Assembly (NCBI RefSeq): GCF_000143415.4
Contig: NW_003314261.1
Coordinates: 6,360,822 to 6,424,821 of the forward strand
DNA: 64,000 nt
Reading direction: 5' to 3'
Source: Selaginella moellendorffii
Lineage: Eukaryota > Plantae > Lycopodiophyta
Part shown: positions 12,972 through 26,273 of the stretch, piece by piece
How the letters are laid out: the number at the start of each line of letters is the position of its first letter
Position numbering within the stretch: the first letter of the stretch is position 1
Program-made: the position numbers and the translations under genes
Notes under the pieces: model-generated
Seen by the model: the letters and a program-made list of their open reading frames with translations, nothing else
The model's database searches: none
Told to the model about the DNA's origin: nothing

Positions 12972-14420
12972 TTAGTTTGATCTACAAACCGGGATTTGTT
13001 TAAGATCTTCACGAACGAAATGCAACAGATCATCCGCATCACCATCGCTGCCAAAGAAACACGCTGCTTCAAGGTCGATCCACATAACTTTGCCACCTTC
13101 TCCAACGATGATGTTGGAGGACTCAACTCGACCGTGACTTGCATTTGCCCTGTGTATCACGCTCAAGGCAGACTTTGCTGCGGTGAGATAGCTATCCTTG
13201 TAAAGCTCCTCATAGTTCTTGTCAATGCTCGTTCCTCCAATGTCTTGCATGATGGTAAGCCAGATCCCTCCATCCAGGAAACCAGACGCATAGAGGCGAG
13301 GGATAACATCCCCTTGCAGGCTTTTCAATCTCGCCATCACCCACACTTCACGTACCATCTTCCGCAGCTTGTCAGGAGCCTTGCACACGTCCACTGATTT
13401 GAAGACAGCCTTTTCGCCTTTGAATCTCCCCTGAAAGACAGAAACTTGTTCACCAGAGTGAATCTGACGCCAGCTCGAGAGCTTCAAATCCGAGAGCTGT
13501 AGTGTGACAATGTCCTCGATGTCTTTGAAGCTGAAGTTCATAGATCTGCAAAGCTCTGACATCTGTATACGCAGATCCACAGCCTGTTCCTTGTGGATCC
13601 TGGAGCGAGCATTGACTGTGCTGGGTCCAGCTGAGTTATACTTGATTCGTTTTCTGCGTGGAAAAGGCTGATCCAAACGCTGCTGTGGCCGAGGCAGATT
13701 TGACTTCTGAAACATGAGGTGCATCAAGAAGAAGAGAGCTTCGAAAAGAGTCGGCGATCGTGCGCCGTGTGGTGGCGAATTCATATCAAAGACGACGTGA
13801 TCAGAGACCTGGAAAACGTCCTCCTCACGGCTCAGCCTGCAAAAAAATGCGCGCTTAATGCTTGTAACACAAGCGTACCCCGATCGGTTGTAGTATAAAT
13901 AGCCAGCCGCTCGAGCAAATATCTTGTGGGCATCACCACCCGAAACTGTCAGACCCTGCAGCAACACGTCTGGCTCGAGCACAAAAAACCCTCGAAGGGT
14001 ATTTGCTGCAAATGCATTTGGCGGCTGAGAAGTACTTTCGTCCGCGTTGCCATACATGACGAATGCAGCTTCGATATGGGTGAGATGGAGTCCACCGCCA
14101 ACTTGAAACCGTCTGTGGTACTCAGCAGACAGCTCTTGCACCGGAATCACAAGGGACGCATACAGTCTTGCAGATGCCTCTTCGCGGTTTGTGGTTTCAG
14201 CACCAACTAGCGGGTGAGGATGTGTAAAGACTGGGGCGCTATCCGGCTGTGAGTAGAGCGCGGAGAGAAAGAGTTGGAGCTCCGACGCGAATGATTCCCA
14301 TACCTTGTAGGCACCGCTCGGAGTGTGCTCTCCTATAAGACTGTCACAAAGCGGAGAGGAACCTGTGAAACCCGGGCTGGGGATGTGCGTTCGAAGCAAA
14401 GAAAACAACGACACGGCCAT
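12972..14420 (-). CDS. Intronless 482-aa protein: degenerate REase-like domain plus C-terminal atypical pseudokinase, Crinkler(CR)-effector-like architecture
   Basis: Kinase motifs AVFK, REV.VM..LKSLQGDVIPRLY, IH...HGRVESSNIIV (catalytic D replaced by R), WIDLE. The upstream segment RAAGYLYYNRSGYACVTSIKRAFFCRL resembles the Q..GYM......YG.LTT....WF segment of fungal REase-kinase proteins. Confidence 0.7.
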   Translation of the reverse strand: MAVSLFSLLRTHIPSPGFTGSSPLCDSLIGEHTPSGAYKVWESFASELQLFLSALYSQPDSAPVFTHPHPLVGAETTNREEASARLYASLVIPVQELSAEYHRRFQVGGGLHLTHIEAAFVMYGNADESTSQPPNAFAANTLRGFFVLEPDVLLQGLTVSGGDAHKIFARAAGYLYYNRSGYACVTSIKRAFFCRLSREEDVFQVSDHVVFDMNSPPHGARSPTLFEALFFLMHLMFQKSNLPRPQQRLDQPFPRRKRIKYNSAGPSTVNARSRIHKEQAVDLRIQMSELCRSMNFSFKDIEDIVTLQLSDLKLSSWRQIHSGEQVSVFQGRFKGEKAVFKSVDVCKAPDKLRKMVREVWVMARLKSLQGDVIPRLYASGFLDGGIWLTIMQDIGGTSIDKNYEELYKDSYLTAAKSALSVIHRANASHGRVESSNIIVGEGGKVMWIDLEAACFFGSDGDADDLLHFVREDLKQIPVCRSN

Positions 14421-14856
14421 CTAGTAACCCTAGAGAACCAAAAGTAAGCCTTTAACTAGATTAAGCGATTTCTCTCTTGAATGTTTATAAATCATTCCTT
14501 CTTTGCCAGCACTTCGAATAGCCGGCAGGATCCAGAGGAGCTACTGAGGAAGATCATAGAGAATGGTCAATGATCCCTTTGCATGAAGAACTCGGTTTGT
14601 TTCGTTTTGAGTTGCTGAGGGCTTTTATTTTAAGCAGCGGATAATGGCAGCATGACTTGTTCGTAAGAAAACATATTTTCCTCTCTTTTTTTCTCTCCTT
14701 TTTTCGCGAGTGTGTGAATTTCGGATCATTACTTTTGCTTTGATCTTTGATGAGACAACGTCATCACTCGAGCAGAATGCTATTAGGGTTTGCGAGATCG
14801 TCGCTTTTTCGATTCAAGCGAAATCTTCTGATTCGATCAAGTACATTTCCTTGCAG

Positions 14857-17800
14857 ATGTGAACATCGAATCGCCTCCTTCCACGGTCAGGCGCTGTCTC
14901 GCCATTTCCTTCACTGAGTAATCCCCTCTTTCTTTTTCTCCTTGAAAGGATCCTTGCACCAAGTCTACTTGGGTCTCAGGAACGCCAGTTCTCCTTCTCG
15001 ACTTATGGAACAGGAATAGTATAGAATTAGTACAGCATAGTAAAGGCCGGGAAACTGGAAGCAAGCAACGAGGAGGACGAGCAGGAGTCCGGAGAACTAG
15101 TCGGGTAACAGGGATTGAGGGTATACGCAAGAAGAAAAATTCCAGCTACAGTCTGGCGCTTGCTGGGAGGTGCTATGCTAAAAATGTGAGGAGCAAAAGC
15201 TTCTCACTCGTCGCCGTCGTATCCTCCTCGAGCGTCCGAGTTATCTTCCGGGGGTCCGACGCTGCTAGCCGAGAAAGGTCCTTTTGCATGTAAGAGCGGG
15301 GATGTTATCAAGTTCCTTCAGGGCCTGACGACGAACAACATGAACAAACTTGAGCAGGACTCTCCAGCAAGGTTGCCCGCATCCCACTCTCAAGCAGGCA
15401 ATCCACGGAGAAGCTGGACAGATCAGGAACAGGCCCCGGGAGCGAGAAGTCGGCTCCGTAGCGGACGCTGATGCAGAGAGTTGACGAGGTTTGCGTGTGT
15501 GTTTTTTTTCGCGAGGTAGTTCGTGACAAGCGTACAGGGACAACAAAAGCCATGAAGGACAAACTGGCCGAAGTTCTGGGAGCTCGCGCTATTCAGGTAC
15601 ATTTCTTTATTATTTTGTTAAGGCTGTGATGCATAATGTGTGGTTTGCAGGTTATTGCTTTGATATGCTATCTAAACGAGGCCAAGCATGATCGAGGCGT
15701 TGTACCTTCATCGGTGTTGCCAAATTAGATGTCAGATCAAACTTGCATATACTGGTACTCCTGATGAGCGGCGTCATCTGTTCAGCTCACGAAAGCACGG
15801 AAGTTTGTTCATGACTGACTGTTGATCGCAGTTTATCTAGGGAACGCTAGCAACGTTTTAATATTCTTGTGACAAACGATAGACCAAATTGAGTAGGCAT
15901 TACATTATAATTGACAAAGGCCATTGGATAAAAAAGGCATCTTGCAAACTGGCACATCTATTCAGGTACTTCACTAGTTTCGTTCTAATGGTTCTCACTT
16001 CAAGGTGAAGAACAATCTATGCAATCATCCTTACCTTAGCCATGTACGTATTGTTTTACAATTTCCCTTAACATCTTGGCTTGATCGCTCTCTTCACAGG
16101 CCGAAAGCTTGTTACCTTCTCATTATCTTCCTGTTATTCGTCTTGGCGGGAAGCTGGAGATGCTTGACATCAGGTGTTTTAAGCGTGAAAAAGGAAACTC
16201 CAGCTAGTTTTTAGACCAAGTGAGTTTTCTATCTATCCTGACATGTCTTAGTTAACCTTCACATACAGTTTTCCTGCACACGACAAGGAAATTGATCCCC
16301 TAAAGGAAAGCGAAGGGATTTCTTTCCCGCGGCTAAAATGTAAGAACGGCCTTGTTCCTTTTCGTTCTATAGCGTAATGATACGGACAGCGCTAAACTTT
16401 CGACTTTGCATTCGACTACGGCCGAATCAACCGAGGTTGAAAAGGTCACCTTATCAACGGAAGGTATTATCAAGATGCTACCTGATAACACTTTATCAAT
16501 TGAAATTCAATCCCCAACACGTTTAACCGACACTGAAATGTAAGCAACGTTTATTGATCGATGGTAATGAAACACTGTTTTGCAGGTCCGAGAACCATGG
16601 GAATGAAAGGGCTACTGATGTACTTCAAGCTGATAAAGACATGGACAAGGAGAATGTCCCTGAACCGGCATGTTTGAAATTGGCTCTAGGCTGGATGATG
16701 GCAGTAGACGGTAAGTATCTTCATTATTTTCGTGATTAATGGGGCTGACTCTTGTTTGATATGTAGTGGTCTTTCTCTGCGTGGGGTCTAAGGCTGAGGA
16801 AACTTTTACTCCCAAAGGATCTGACGAAAATGGTGACGACAGGATTCCTGAGAATGAACAGGCATGCAGAAGTTTAGATGCATTGTCTCTTGCGATTGAT
16901 GGATCAGGAGAAATGGCCGATGCTCATGGTGAAGAGGAGGAAGGAAATGCTGAACGTGTCGTTGTGGAGGACACACAAATCAATCTTCTCGATTCTCCCT
17001 CAAGCTTTGAACCTGAAGTTGGAGCGGATCTTAATGAAGTTGAAGGCGGAAAGGCAGGACAAGATGAGGGAAAATCGAGTTAAGAGGTCGTGGAATGGGA
17101 CATCGGCAGTGCTATGAAACGTTCTGAGATTTTCCTACTTTTTCTCTCTATATTTTTTATCATGTCTTCTTATTTTGCAGACACTGATGCTGGTGAGGAT
17201 GCGGAAACAATTAGGAATATCGAAGCTCCAGAGAACGAGTAAAATACTTTTGTTTTTGTGCTGGCGGTGAAGCTAACGGTTTTTCTTGTAATTCTTCTAC
17301 TGAAAAATTACTTTTTCGCCCAGTAAATCTCAGATTGGCCACGAGGATGAACACTATCAAGTAAGTACCCTTTTCTTGTCTAAGAAATTCAGAACCTGAC
17401 GAAAGCACAACTGTTGATAGTAAAGATCGTTTGGAAGACAATCCGGATGCAGTCTCAGGAAACCCCGGCTAGTGAGCTCATGAATTCACCTCCATGCAGT
17501 GCAATGAGAATGAAGTTGGTATGCAAAACCAACAAAATTGATGAAGGTATGAGAGATTTTGACTACACTCGACATGACGTTACGTGCAGATGATTTGGTC
17601 GACAGTGGTACGGTGACCGTCGGAACTGCTGAACTAGTTTTTGAAGCCACGGAACTAATTAGCGTCGAAGGAACAAGTGAACAGGTGACTGAAATTGTCA
17701 CGGTCGAAAAGGAAGCTGAAAGCACCGTTGATATTAGCCTCAGAGGCTGAAAACAATCAAACGGAGGGCATTCATGAAGTAGTGACAGCGTCTCACGTAA

Positions 17801-18270
17801 CAGAGTCATATAGTTTCTCATTGTTTATGGAAGTTATCTGTGTGTCTGTTAAAACTGTGACAATTTTGTATAAGCGTAAGCTGCTCACACTTCAAACCTA
17901 CGAAAACTCATCCTTTACAAGTCTCTATGTTTTTAATCTTTCAGGATTTGCAATGTGTACTCCTCTCCCCCTGAAGTATCATACACTCCAGCACCAGATG
18001 CAGAAGGCCCTCAACTATAGCACTCCCACTGAAACCTCAGACGTGGTCCTCAGGATGAGATTGCTGCTAAAGGCAATCCAGGGTAACTACATTCACCATT
18101 CTTATTGATTGTTATTTCTCACCTCCTATCTTATTGTTCATACACGCACCGAAAGTCTGGAACAAGGTGTCGATACCGAGGATAGTTCGAAGGGTGGCGA
18201 TTCAAGGAAAAAAAAAGCTGATGGAGCCACAGGAATTGGTCTCCAGGAAGAAAAACTTGAAACGAAGTAA
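14857..18270 (+). pseudogene. SPLAYED(SYD)-like SNF2 chromatin remodeller pseudogene with multiple internal deletions and remnants of an acidic C-terminal region
   Basis: From 15651: VIALICYLNEAKHDRG-VVPSSVLPN*, AYTGTPDERRHLF, FNILVT..NDRP/KLS.HYIIIDKGHWIKKASCKL (SYD: WHYIIIDEGHRIKNASCKL), GTSIQ|NNL, LPSHYLPVIRLGGKLEMLD. Stops and frameshifts present; GT-AG introns retained. Core 15651-16220 is secure, outer limits approximate. Confidence 0.75.
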
Positions 18271-18567
18271 CCAAGTAGATATTCTGTCTCAGAATATCTA
18301 ATCGTTAAATTCCGCTCCGGAATATCCAGCCCCTATTCTGCCCTCTCTATCTCCTAGTAGTGTTTTTTCTTCTTTGCTTTGATCTGCTGGAGAGTACGCG
18401 GCTGAGGCGACGCGGCTAAGGATCGATCAGGGCTTCGGCGTTCCAAAGCTCCGGTAAGCGATTGGGAAAGCTTGTTAGATTTCCTTTTCTCCGCTTTTCC
18501 TCGCTTAGATTGTGGGCATTCTGTGATTTTGATCGCTTGCTCATAGTTTTCTCTTCTGGTTTAGGAG

Positions 18568-19520
18568 ATGGGGAAGCGCGGAGCGGCGGCAGCTACGAAT
18601 AAACAGTAAGATTTCTCGCCCTGGCCGATTTCGCCATAGCCGAGCTTGGAATTTGTTTTTTAGTTTTCTAATTTTTTGTGGATCAGAAATGGGAAGAAGA
18701 AGGCCCTCTCCGTGAAGGAGACCAAACCGAAGGCAGCCAAAGCGAAGAAGCCCGTGAAAGCAAAGGGGAAAAAGGATCCCAATCAACCCAAGAAGCCAGC
18801 CACCGCATTTTTCATCTTCCTGTGAGAGCGTTTTTTTTTTTTTTTTTTTTTTCCGTTTCTTTCGTTTGCGCTGCTTTCTAATCGTTCTATCACACAGGGA
18901 AGAGTTTAGGCAGACGTACAAGAAGGATCATCCCGACGTCAAGGGAGTTGCCGCTGTAAGCAAACCTTCTTCTCGAACTTTGTCTTGTCAAGAGATTTTT
19001 TTTTTTTTGTTTGTTTTGTTTTTCTTCCCTCGTCGTTCTGGTGATCTTCATTCTTGCTTCTCACTCGTGCTGGTGATCTTCGTTCTCGCAGATAGGAAAA
19101 GCGGGAGGAGACATGTGGAAATCTTTGTCTGACAAGGTACACGATCTTCGCTAGTTTCCGACGTGTTGAGAATCTTTTTTTTCCTCGTCCCATGCAGGAG
19201 AAGGAGCCTTACCACGCCAAAGCTGCCAAGAGGAAAGCCGACTACGACAAGGATCTGGAAGCATACAACAAAAAGAAGGTATTTCTCTCGTGCTCGTTCG
19301 TGCGTTTTGATGGCTTCCTCAAACTTTCTTCTCTCTTTTTCTTTGAAGGACAACGAGGAGGAGGAAGAGGAGGAGGAGGAGGATGGATCCGCCGGAGAAT
19401 CAGAGGTAAAATCCAAGTCTGCTGGCAATGACGACGACGAAGAAGTATGCTTCTTATAAGTTTCTAAGTTTTCTAAATCTCTACTCTTCTCAGGAGGACG
19501 CGGACGATGACGATGATTAG
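18568..19520 (+). CDS. HMGB: HMG-box group B protein (basic N-terminus, HMG box, acidic tail), about 7 coding exons
   Basis: KKDPNQPKKPATAFFIFL|EEFRQTYKKDHPDVKGVAA|IGKAGGDMWKSLSDK|EKEPYHAKAAKRKADYDKDLEAYNKK followed by a poly-E/D tail; ATG 18568, TAG 19518-19520. Confidence 0.95.
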
Positions 19521-19970
19521 ATGTCGAGAAAGCCATCGATCACAACCAGATTCAAACAATGTGTATGCATTCTTTCTGGTTTAGGCGCCATTGCTTGGAT
19601 GATAATCGCTGTTTTTGCAGGTTGTGTTTAGTCTCTAGCTTGCAAACTCTTTGCATAAGAGCTCTGAAGTTTCGCTGATTTATTCATTGCCCTTTTCTTG
19701 TTCCTTTGTTTTTGGTTGCAGGATCTCCAAAGCTTTCCTTCTTTTATATGCTGCTTTACACCGACGAGTTTTTCAAACACACACACACGCACGCACACTC
19801 ACAAAGTTCTCGAAAGTCTGGCAGTGTTTTACTTCTACTGTGTGCGAGATGAACGAATAAAGAAAGATAGACCAATTCAATCCATTTAGAAAAAAGCTTC
19901 CCGAAAAGTTAGCAAGCATTGAAACTGACAGCCGAATTGTTTTGTATCGATCAGTCAAAGAAGATAGCGC

Positions 19971-21547
<1,577 letters not shown>

Positions 21548-21931
21548 TCCAAGGAATATCGCGCCTGGATCCGAGCCATAGCCTTTAGTATTTGTGGTGG
21601 TAATATAGTTGGGGGCCCTGGACAGGAATCGAACCCGCGACCGCATATTCCGACCGTTGATTTTGAGGATAGGGTTAGGGCTCTTGGGCACGACCGATTC
21701 TCTCTTGCGATTTGACCGCGATCCTAGAAAGTGTTATTCCAGACAAAATATGAGAGAGAATTTAGGGCTCTTGGCACACGTGAAGAATGCGATAGTGGCG
21801 GTGTGGCGTGATCGCGTGTCCTTGTGGACTGGCACAGGTGTTGGCGTGGATCGATTGACGCTTGCCAGCATGGCATCCGGGCGGCACGAGCTGCGATGGC
21901 GGATTGGGATTGACTCCTAGCGGGATCTATC

Positions 21932-24203
21932 ATGTTTGGCGGGATTTTCGACGAGATTATCAAGAAGATTGAGGAATGGATCTCTGGCAAGGGCCATGGC
22001 GGAGACGATGCAGGCGAGCGCGATCTGCTGCCGTTGCTACTCGTGCCTGGGATTGGCGGCTCCATTCTCAATGCCGTGGACGATGACAACAGCGACAATG
22101 CCGAGCGCGTTTGGGTGCGCTTGTTCTTTGCGGATCACGAATTCAAGAAGAAGCTGTGGTCGCGCTATGATCCGGCAACGGGTAAGCATTTGAAACTTGA
22201 ATCGTTTGGGAGGTGGGACGCCATTGCTTTGCAGGGAAAACCTTGTCCTTGGATCCAAAATCTCACATAGAAGTTCCAGACGAGAACTATGGATTGTTTA
22301 GTTGTGACATCCTCGACCCCGCTGTGGTAAATGTTTTGGTTCTTTCATTCTATCTTTTTCTCGGCTCACAATTTTTTTTCTCCACCAGTTCATACGTCTA
22401 AACATCGTGTATAACTTTCACGATTTGATCGAGCAATTGGAGCAGTGGGGGTACAAGGCAGGCACGACTTTGTTTGGCTATGGCTATGATTTTCGCCAGA
22501 GCAACAGGTACTTGGATTTGTGTAAGTTCGCTCGAATTGAAGCTATCTATCGGAATGGAACAGGCTCCCAGAGGCAGTAGATGGTCTTTTACGAAGACTA
22601 GAGGCCATACACAAAACCTCAGGTGGGAAGAAAGTTAATATCATTTCTCATTCCATGGGAGGACTTTTAGTGAGATCCCTCTTGGCACTTCATTCTGCTG
22701 TAAGAGAAAATTGGCTCCGTAGTTCTCTCGGGCTTATGAGTTTTTGCATTTTTGTCAGAGCTTTGAAAGACTCGTCAATTCTTGGACGACAATCGCGACA
22801 CCTTTTCAAGGTGAAATGCTGTTTCTTTTTCTTTTTCTTTGTTGCACTGAAACTTGGAATTGCAGGGGCACCGGCGTTTGTGACAGACTGCCTCCTCACT
22901 GGAGTGGAATTCCTCAAGGGATGGCAAAAGGAACTGTGGGTTGCAAAGTGGAGCACGCATCAATTGGTAACAAAGCTATCTCTTTCAGCTTTGATTGCTT
23001 CAACAGATTTGTTTTGTTCATTTCAGCTTGTCGAATGTCCTTCCGTGTACGAGATGATGGCATCTCTCACGCATGAATGGGAGCGCCCTCCACAATTGCA
23101 AGTCTGGAGGCGGCGCAGAAAGCATGATAACAATCCCAAGCACGTCAAGCTACACTCATATGGACCCCTCGAGTGTGTTTCTGTAATGGAAGCTGCACTT
23201 AAAGAGAACACGGTTAGTGGTATTCTTTTCTTTCGGTATACTGGTAAACTAAACATTTTCTATGCAGCTGAGTTATGATGACAAGACGATACCCATTCCT
23301 TTCAATAGATGCATTCTAGAGTGGGCGAATGAGTCCCGCTGTCTATGGTTCTCTGCAAAGCTTCCAAAAGATTTTAAGTTCTATAACATCTATGGCACTT
23401 CATGCAAAACTCCATTCGACGTCTGGTATGTCTTCTTCGTTCTTCATAGCCAACTTTTATTGGTGATTTTTTTTTCCACTGTTTCTAGCTACGGGAGTGA
23501 AAAATGCCCTATAGTGGAGCTCAAGGAAATTCTCCATACTGAGGTAATGCGAAGCTCTTTTTTAATGCTTACTCAAAGAAACCTTGGACTTTGCAGGCCG
23601 ATTTTAAGTATGTGGATGGAGATGGCACTGTGCCATCCGAGTCTTCCAAGGTAACCTTCTGTTTCTATCACCCGGTTCTAAACTCTGCTTTCTTCATAGG
23701 CTGATGGATTCACTGCGACTGCGAGGCATGGGGTTCCAGGCAATCATCGTGGTCTACTAAGATCAAATGCGGTGTTCCTCCTCCTCAAAGACATCCTGGA
23801 GATCAAAGACAAAGAGAAGAAGCTTGCGGTTCACGCTGCCCCACACAAGTCCGAGGAAGTGATTGAGAAACAAGCACAGTTTTGTCTCAGCGACACTGCC
23901 ATGTCCCACAAGAACAGCACTTGGGATGCAAACTCCGAGGATAGCCAAGATTACAACAGTGGTAGCGAGAGCGAGGACAACACCGAAAACTCAGTAATAT
24001 TCACCATTAACACTGAGGATGCTAGAGCTCAAGCTCACGCAAGAGCCACACCTCATGAGCCACACAAAGGCTTTGAGTTCCATCACCTCAGCGTTTCGGC
24101 TGCCGGTGTGGCAGAAGGAAGCGATCGAGAAAAGGCTACCATTGCAGTGGAGAAAGCTATGGCTTCTGCCACGGCCAAGCTCATGGCATTGTACAATATG
24201 TAA
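21932..24203 (+). CDS. LCAT-like acyltransferase/phospholipase A (LCAT3/LCAT4 type), multi-exon
   Basis: PLLLVPGIGGSIL, ERVWVRL, LFGYGYDFRQSNR, nucleophile motif IISHSMGG, DGDGTVP. Confidence 0.92.
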
Positions 24204-24739
24204 AAAATTGAAAAATACCATGTAAATTTTATCAAAGTGATGTGAGAGGCCAGATGATAATACTAAAGTAATTATTATCAGTATGAACTTTAGAAGTAAT
24301 AACATGAATAATAGTACTAGGAGTTGTTGAGGTAATAGCAATCATGCCCAAAGGAAAGTTTGTCATTTTTTAAAATATATAATAATAAATAGCTCTTTAC
24401 CTTTAAATAAATAATTAAATGGCTATAAAATTAAATCAATTTATAGTTAGAGAATTCTAATAATTTGCTACACGTTGCATGTAACAACGCTTGATTTCCT
24501 TAATATCTCATCTAGTATTATTGAATAATTTAATAAATAAATAATAATAAACATATTATAATTTATAAATCAAGAATAATTTTATTGTATATCAACTAAA
24601 ATAAACAAGAATATACTAGGAAGTGAAACATGTTTATAATCATAGATATAAAATTAATCCAAATGAATAATAACCATTAAATAGTAAAATATCCTAGAAT
24701 ATCTATAGATTGCATATCCTGGCCGTTGATCTTGGATAT

Positions 24740-24785
24740 AAAGCCCACAATAGGGCTAGGGTTTGTGGGCGTCTTTTAGGTTAGA
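24740..24785 (+). promoter_or_regulatory. Putative promoter/5' region of the snoRNA cluster (site-II-like GCCCA/TGGGC plus telo-box TAGGGTTT)
   Basis: tatataaagcccacaatagggctagggtttgtgggc lies immediately upstream of the first C box. Telo-box plus site II is the known motif pair in plant ribosome-biogenesis and snoRNA promoters. Confidence 0.55.
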
Positions 24786-24796
24786 ATGCGTGCGTT

Positions 24797-24884
24797 TTCG
24801 GTGATGAGATCTTCACACAAGAGCTCCATCTGATGCTCCTCCGGGACATGGAGATACGGTGAATCCACACGAGATTTCTGAGAA
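24797..24884 (+). ncRNA. Box C/D snoRNA with guide complementary to 25S rRNA
   Basis: C box GTGATGA 24801-07, D' CTGA 24830-33, D CTGA 24878-81, terminal ttc/gaa stem. Guide tccacacgagattt is complementary to plant 25S rRNA AAATCTCGTGTGGA (rRNA sequence from memory). Confidence 0.85.
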
Positions 24885-24890
24885 TTGCGC

Positions 24891-24973
24891 TTGTTCTGGA
24901 GGATGACCGATTTGTCTGATAGATTTATTTGATGTGCAAACATTGGCACTCTAATTTTTTGCTGACAGAACAA
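24891..24973 (+). ncRNA. Box C/D snoRNA with guide complementary to 18S rRNA
   Basis: Perfect 8-bp terminal stem ttgttctg/cagaacaa, C-like AGGATGA 24900-06, D' CTGA 24916-19, D CTGA 24962-65. Guide gcactctaatttttt is complementary to 18S AAAAAATTAGAGTGC (from memory). Confidence 0.85.
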
Positions 24974-24985
24974 ATGGTTTTCTCG

Positions 24986-25054
24986 AAGAAGTGAAGTTGG
25001 GGCAGATGATTTCAATCTCTATGTCAAACACCATCTTTCGGGACAGAATTCTTT
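24986..25054 (+). ncRNA. snoR39BY/snR39B-like box C/D snoRNA with variant D box (CAGA)
   Basis: Guide caccatctttcggg (25029-42) is complementary to 25S CCCGAAAGATGGTG; D+5 falls on the G equivalent to yeast G805; aagaa/ttctt terminal stem; C box degenerate. Confidence 0.65.
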
Positions 25055-25204
25055 TGTGTTGACAAAGCATTCGTATGATGCCCCATTTCTTCTTTCGATG
25101 ATTGCTTCATCTTTACAATGCTCTTGCAAAACAACCCAGGAAGAACAAATCCTTCTTATCCAATCCGGAAAATTTTGCTTCTCATCTATCAGTGTGATGG
25201 AAGA

Positions 25205-26137
25205 TTAGCCTTTGCTCTTTCTTCTATCCCAGGCGACGTCTAGCACTGGTCGGACGACGGGCTCGGCAAGCGGCGGCGCCATGGGGACGAAGATTGTAAG
25301 AACGCCATCTTGGCAGCCTGCTCTCATGGCATCCAGATTGGAGTTCCCTGGGAGCTGGAACTTCCGGATGAACTTGCCCATTGTGCGCTCTAAACTTATG
25401 TAGTAAGCACCGGGTTCATCGTTGCGGGATCGGCCGCCAGAGATCGTCATGAATCGATCGTTGACAACATCGATCTGTCGAGAAAAAGCGATCAAAATCC
25501 GAGCTTTGAAACAATCTAGACAGAAGCTCTACCTTGATGTCCGTGTTTCTCAATCCTGGAACGTCTGCTACGAACATATAGGCGTCTGGAAACTCTTTGA
25601 CATCAACCGCAATGCTCTTGAATGGTGGTTCGCGTTGATCCTGTCCAAGAACAAAAAAAAAAGCTTCTCAAACCATCCAACTCTAGAAACAAGCTTAGAA
25701 TTTACCTTGTTCAGTGGAGGCGGCTTTGATCCGATCGACACTTTCTTCGCAGTCGCGGGATCCATGCCGCCACTGAGCGTGCAAATCACTTGAAATCCCC
25801 TTGGATTGAGGTTGGGATTTCCCTTCTTCCTCTTGAGCCATGCCGCTTCCACACGAACAACCTCGCGCTTGATCAGCTGCCGCTCCGGCGGCTTAGCTTC
25901 CGGCTCCTCTCCAGCCACGCTCACCTCTGTCGTCGCTGGCGGAGCAGCCGCCACCGCCGCTGGGGGCTCGGGAGGAGCGATCGCATCCTCCTCGGCTGGT
26001 GGTGGATCTGGAGCTCGCGGCTCTGGATCTGCTGCTGGCGCCTGCTCCCGCGGGGATTGCTGTGGCGATTGAGTGGGAGATCTCTGAGTGGGAGATCTCT
26101 GCCTGGGAGATCCGGGAGCCGCAGCTTCACTGGCCAT
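25205..26137 (-). CDS. Small heat-shock/alpha-crystallin-domain protein with long Pro/Ala/Glu-rich N-terminal extension
   Basis: AVDVKEFPDAYMFVADVPGL...IK|IDVVNDRFMTISG...ERTMGKFIRKFQLPGNSNLDAMRAGCQDGVLTIFVP. Confidence 0.88.
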
Positions 26138-26273
26138 CTACTCGAGCGCATCGCTTTCCTCTAGGGCTACGCCCTTTCCCTAAAGCAGCGGTGGAGATCA
26201 TCCACGCCGGGAGCGACGGTGGCGATTTCTGCGGGAAAATTTTAAATTCAAAAGATCTCAAGAAAAATCTTTG

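Noticed and set aside
24776-25015. 79-aa minus-strand ORF
   Set aside because: Non-ATG start, no homology, and it overlaps the better-supported plus-strand snoRNA cluster.
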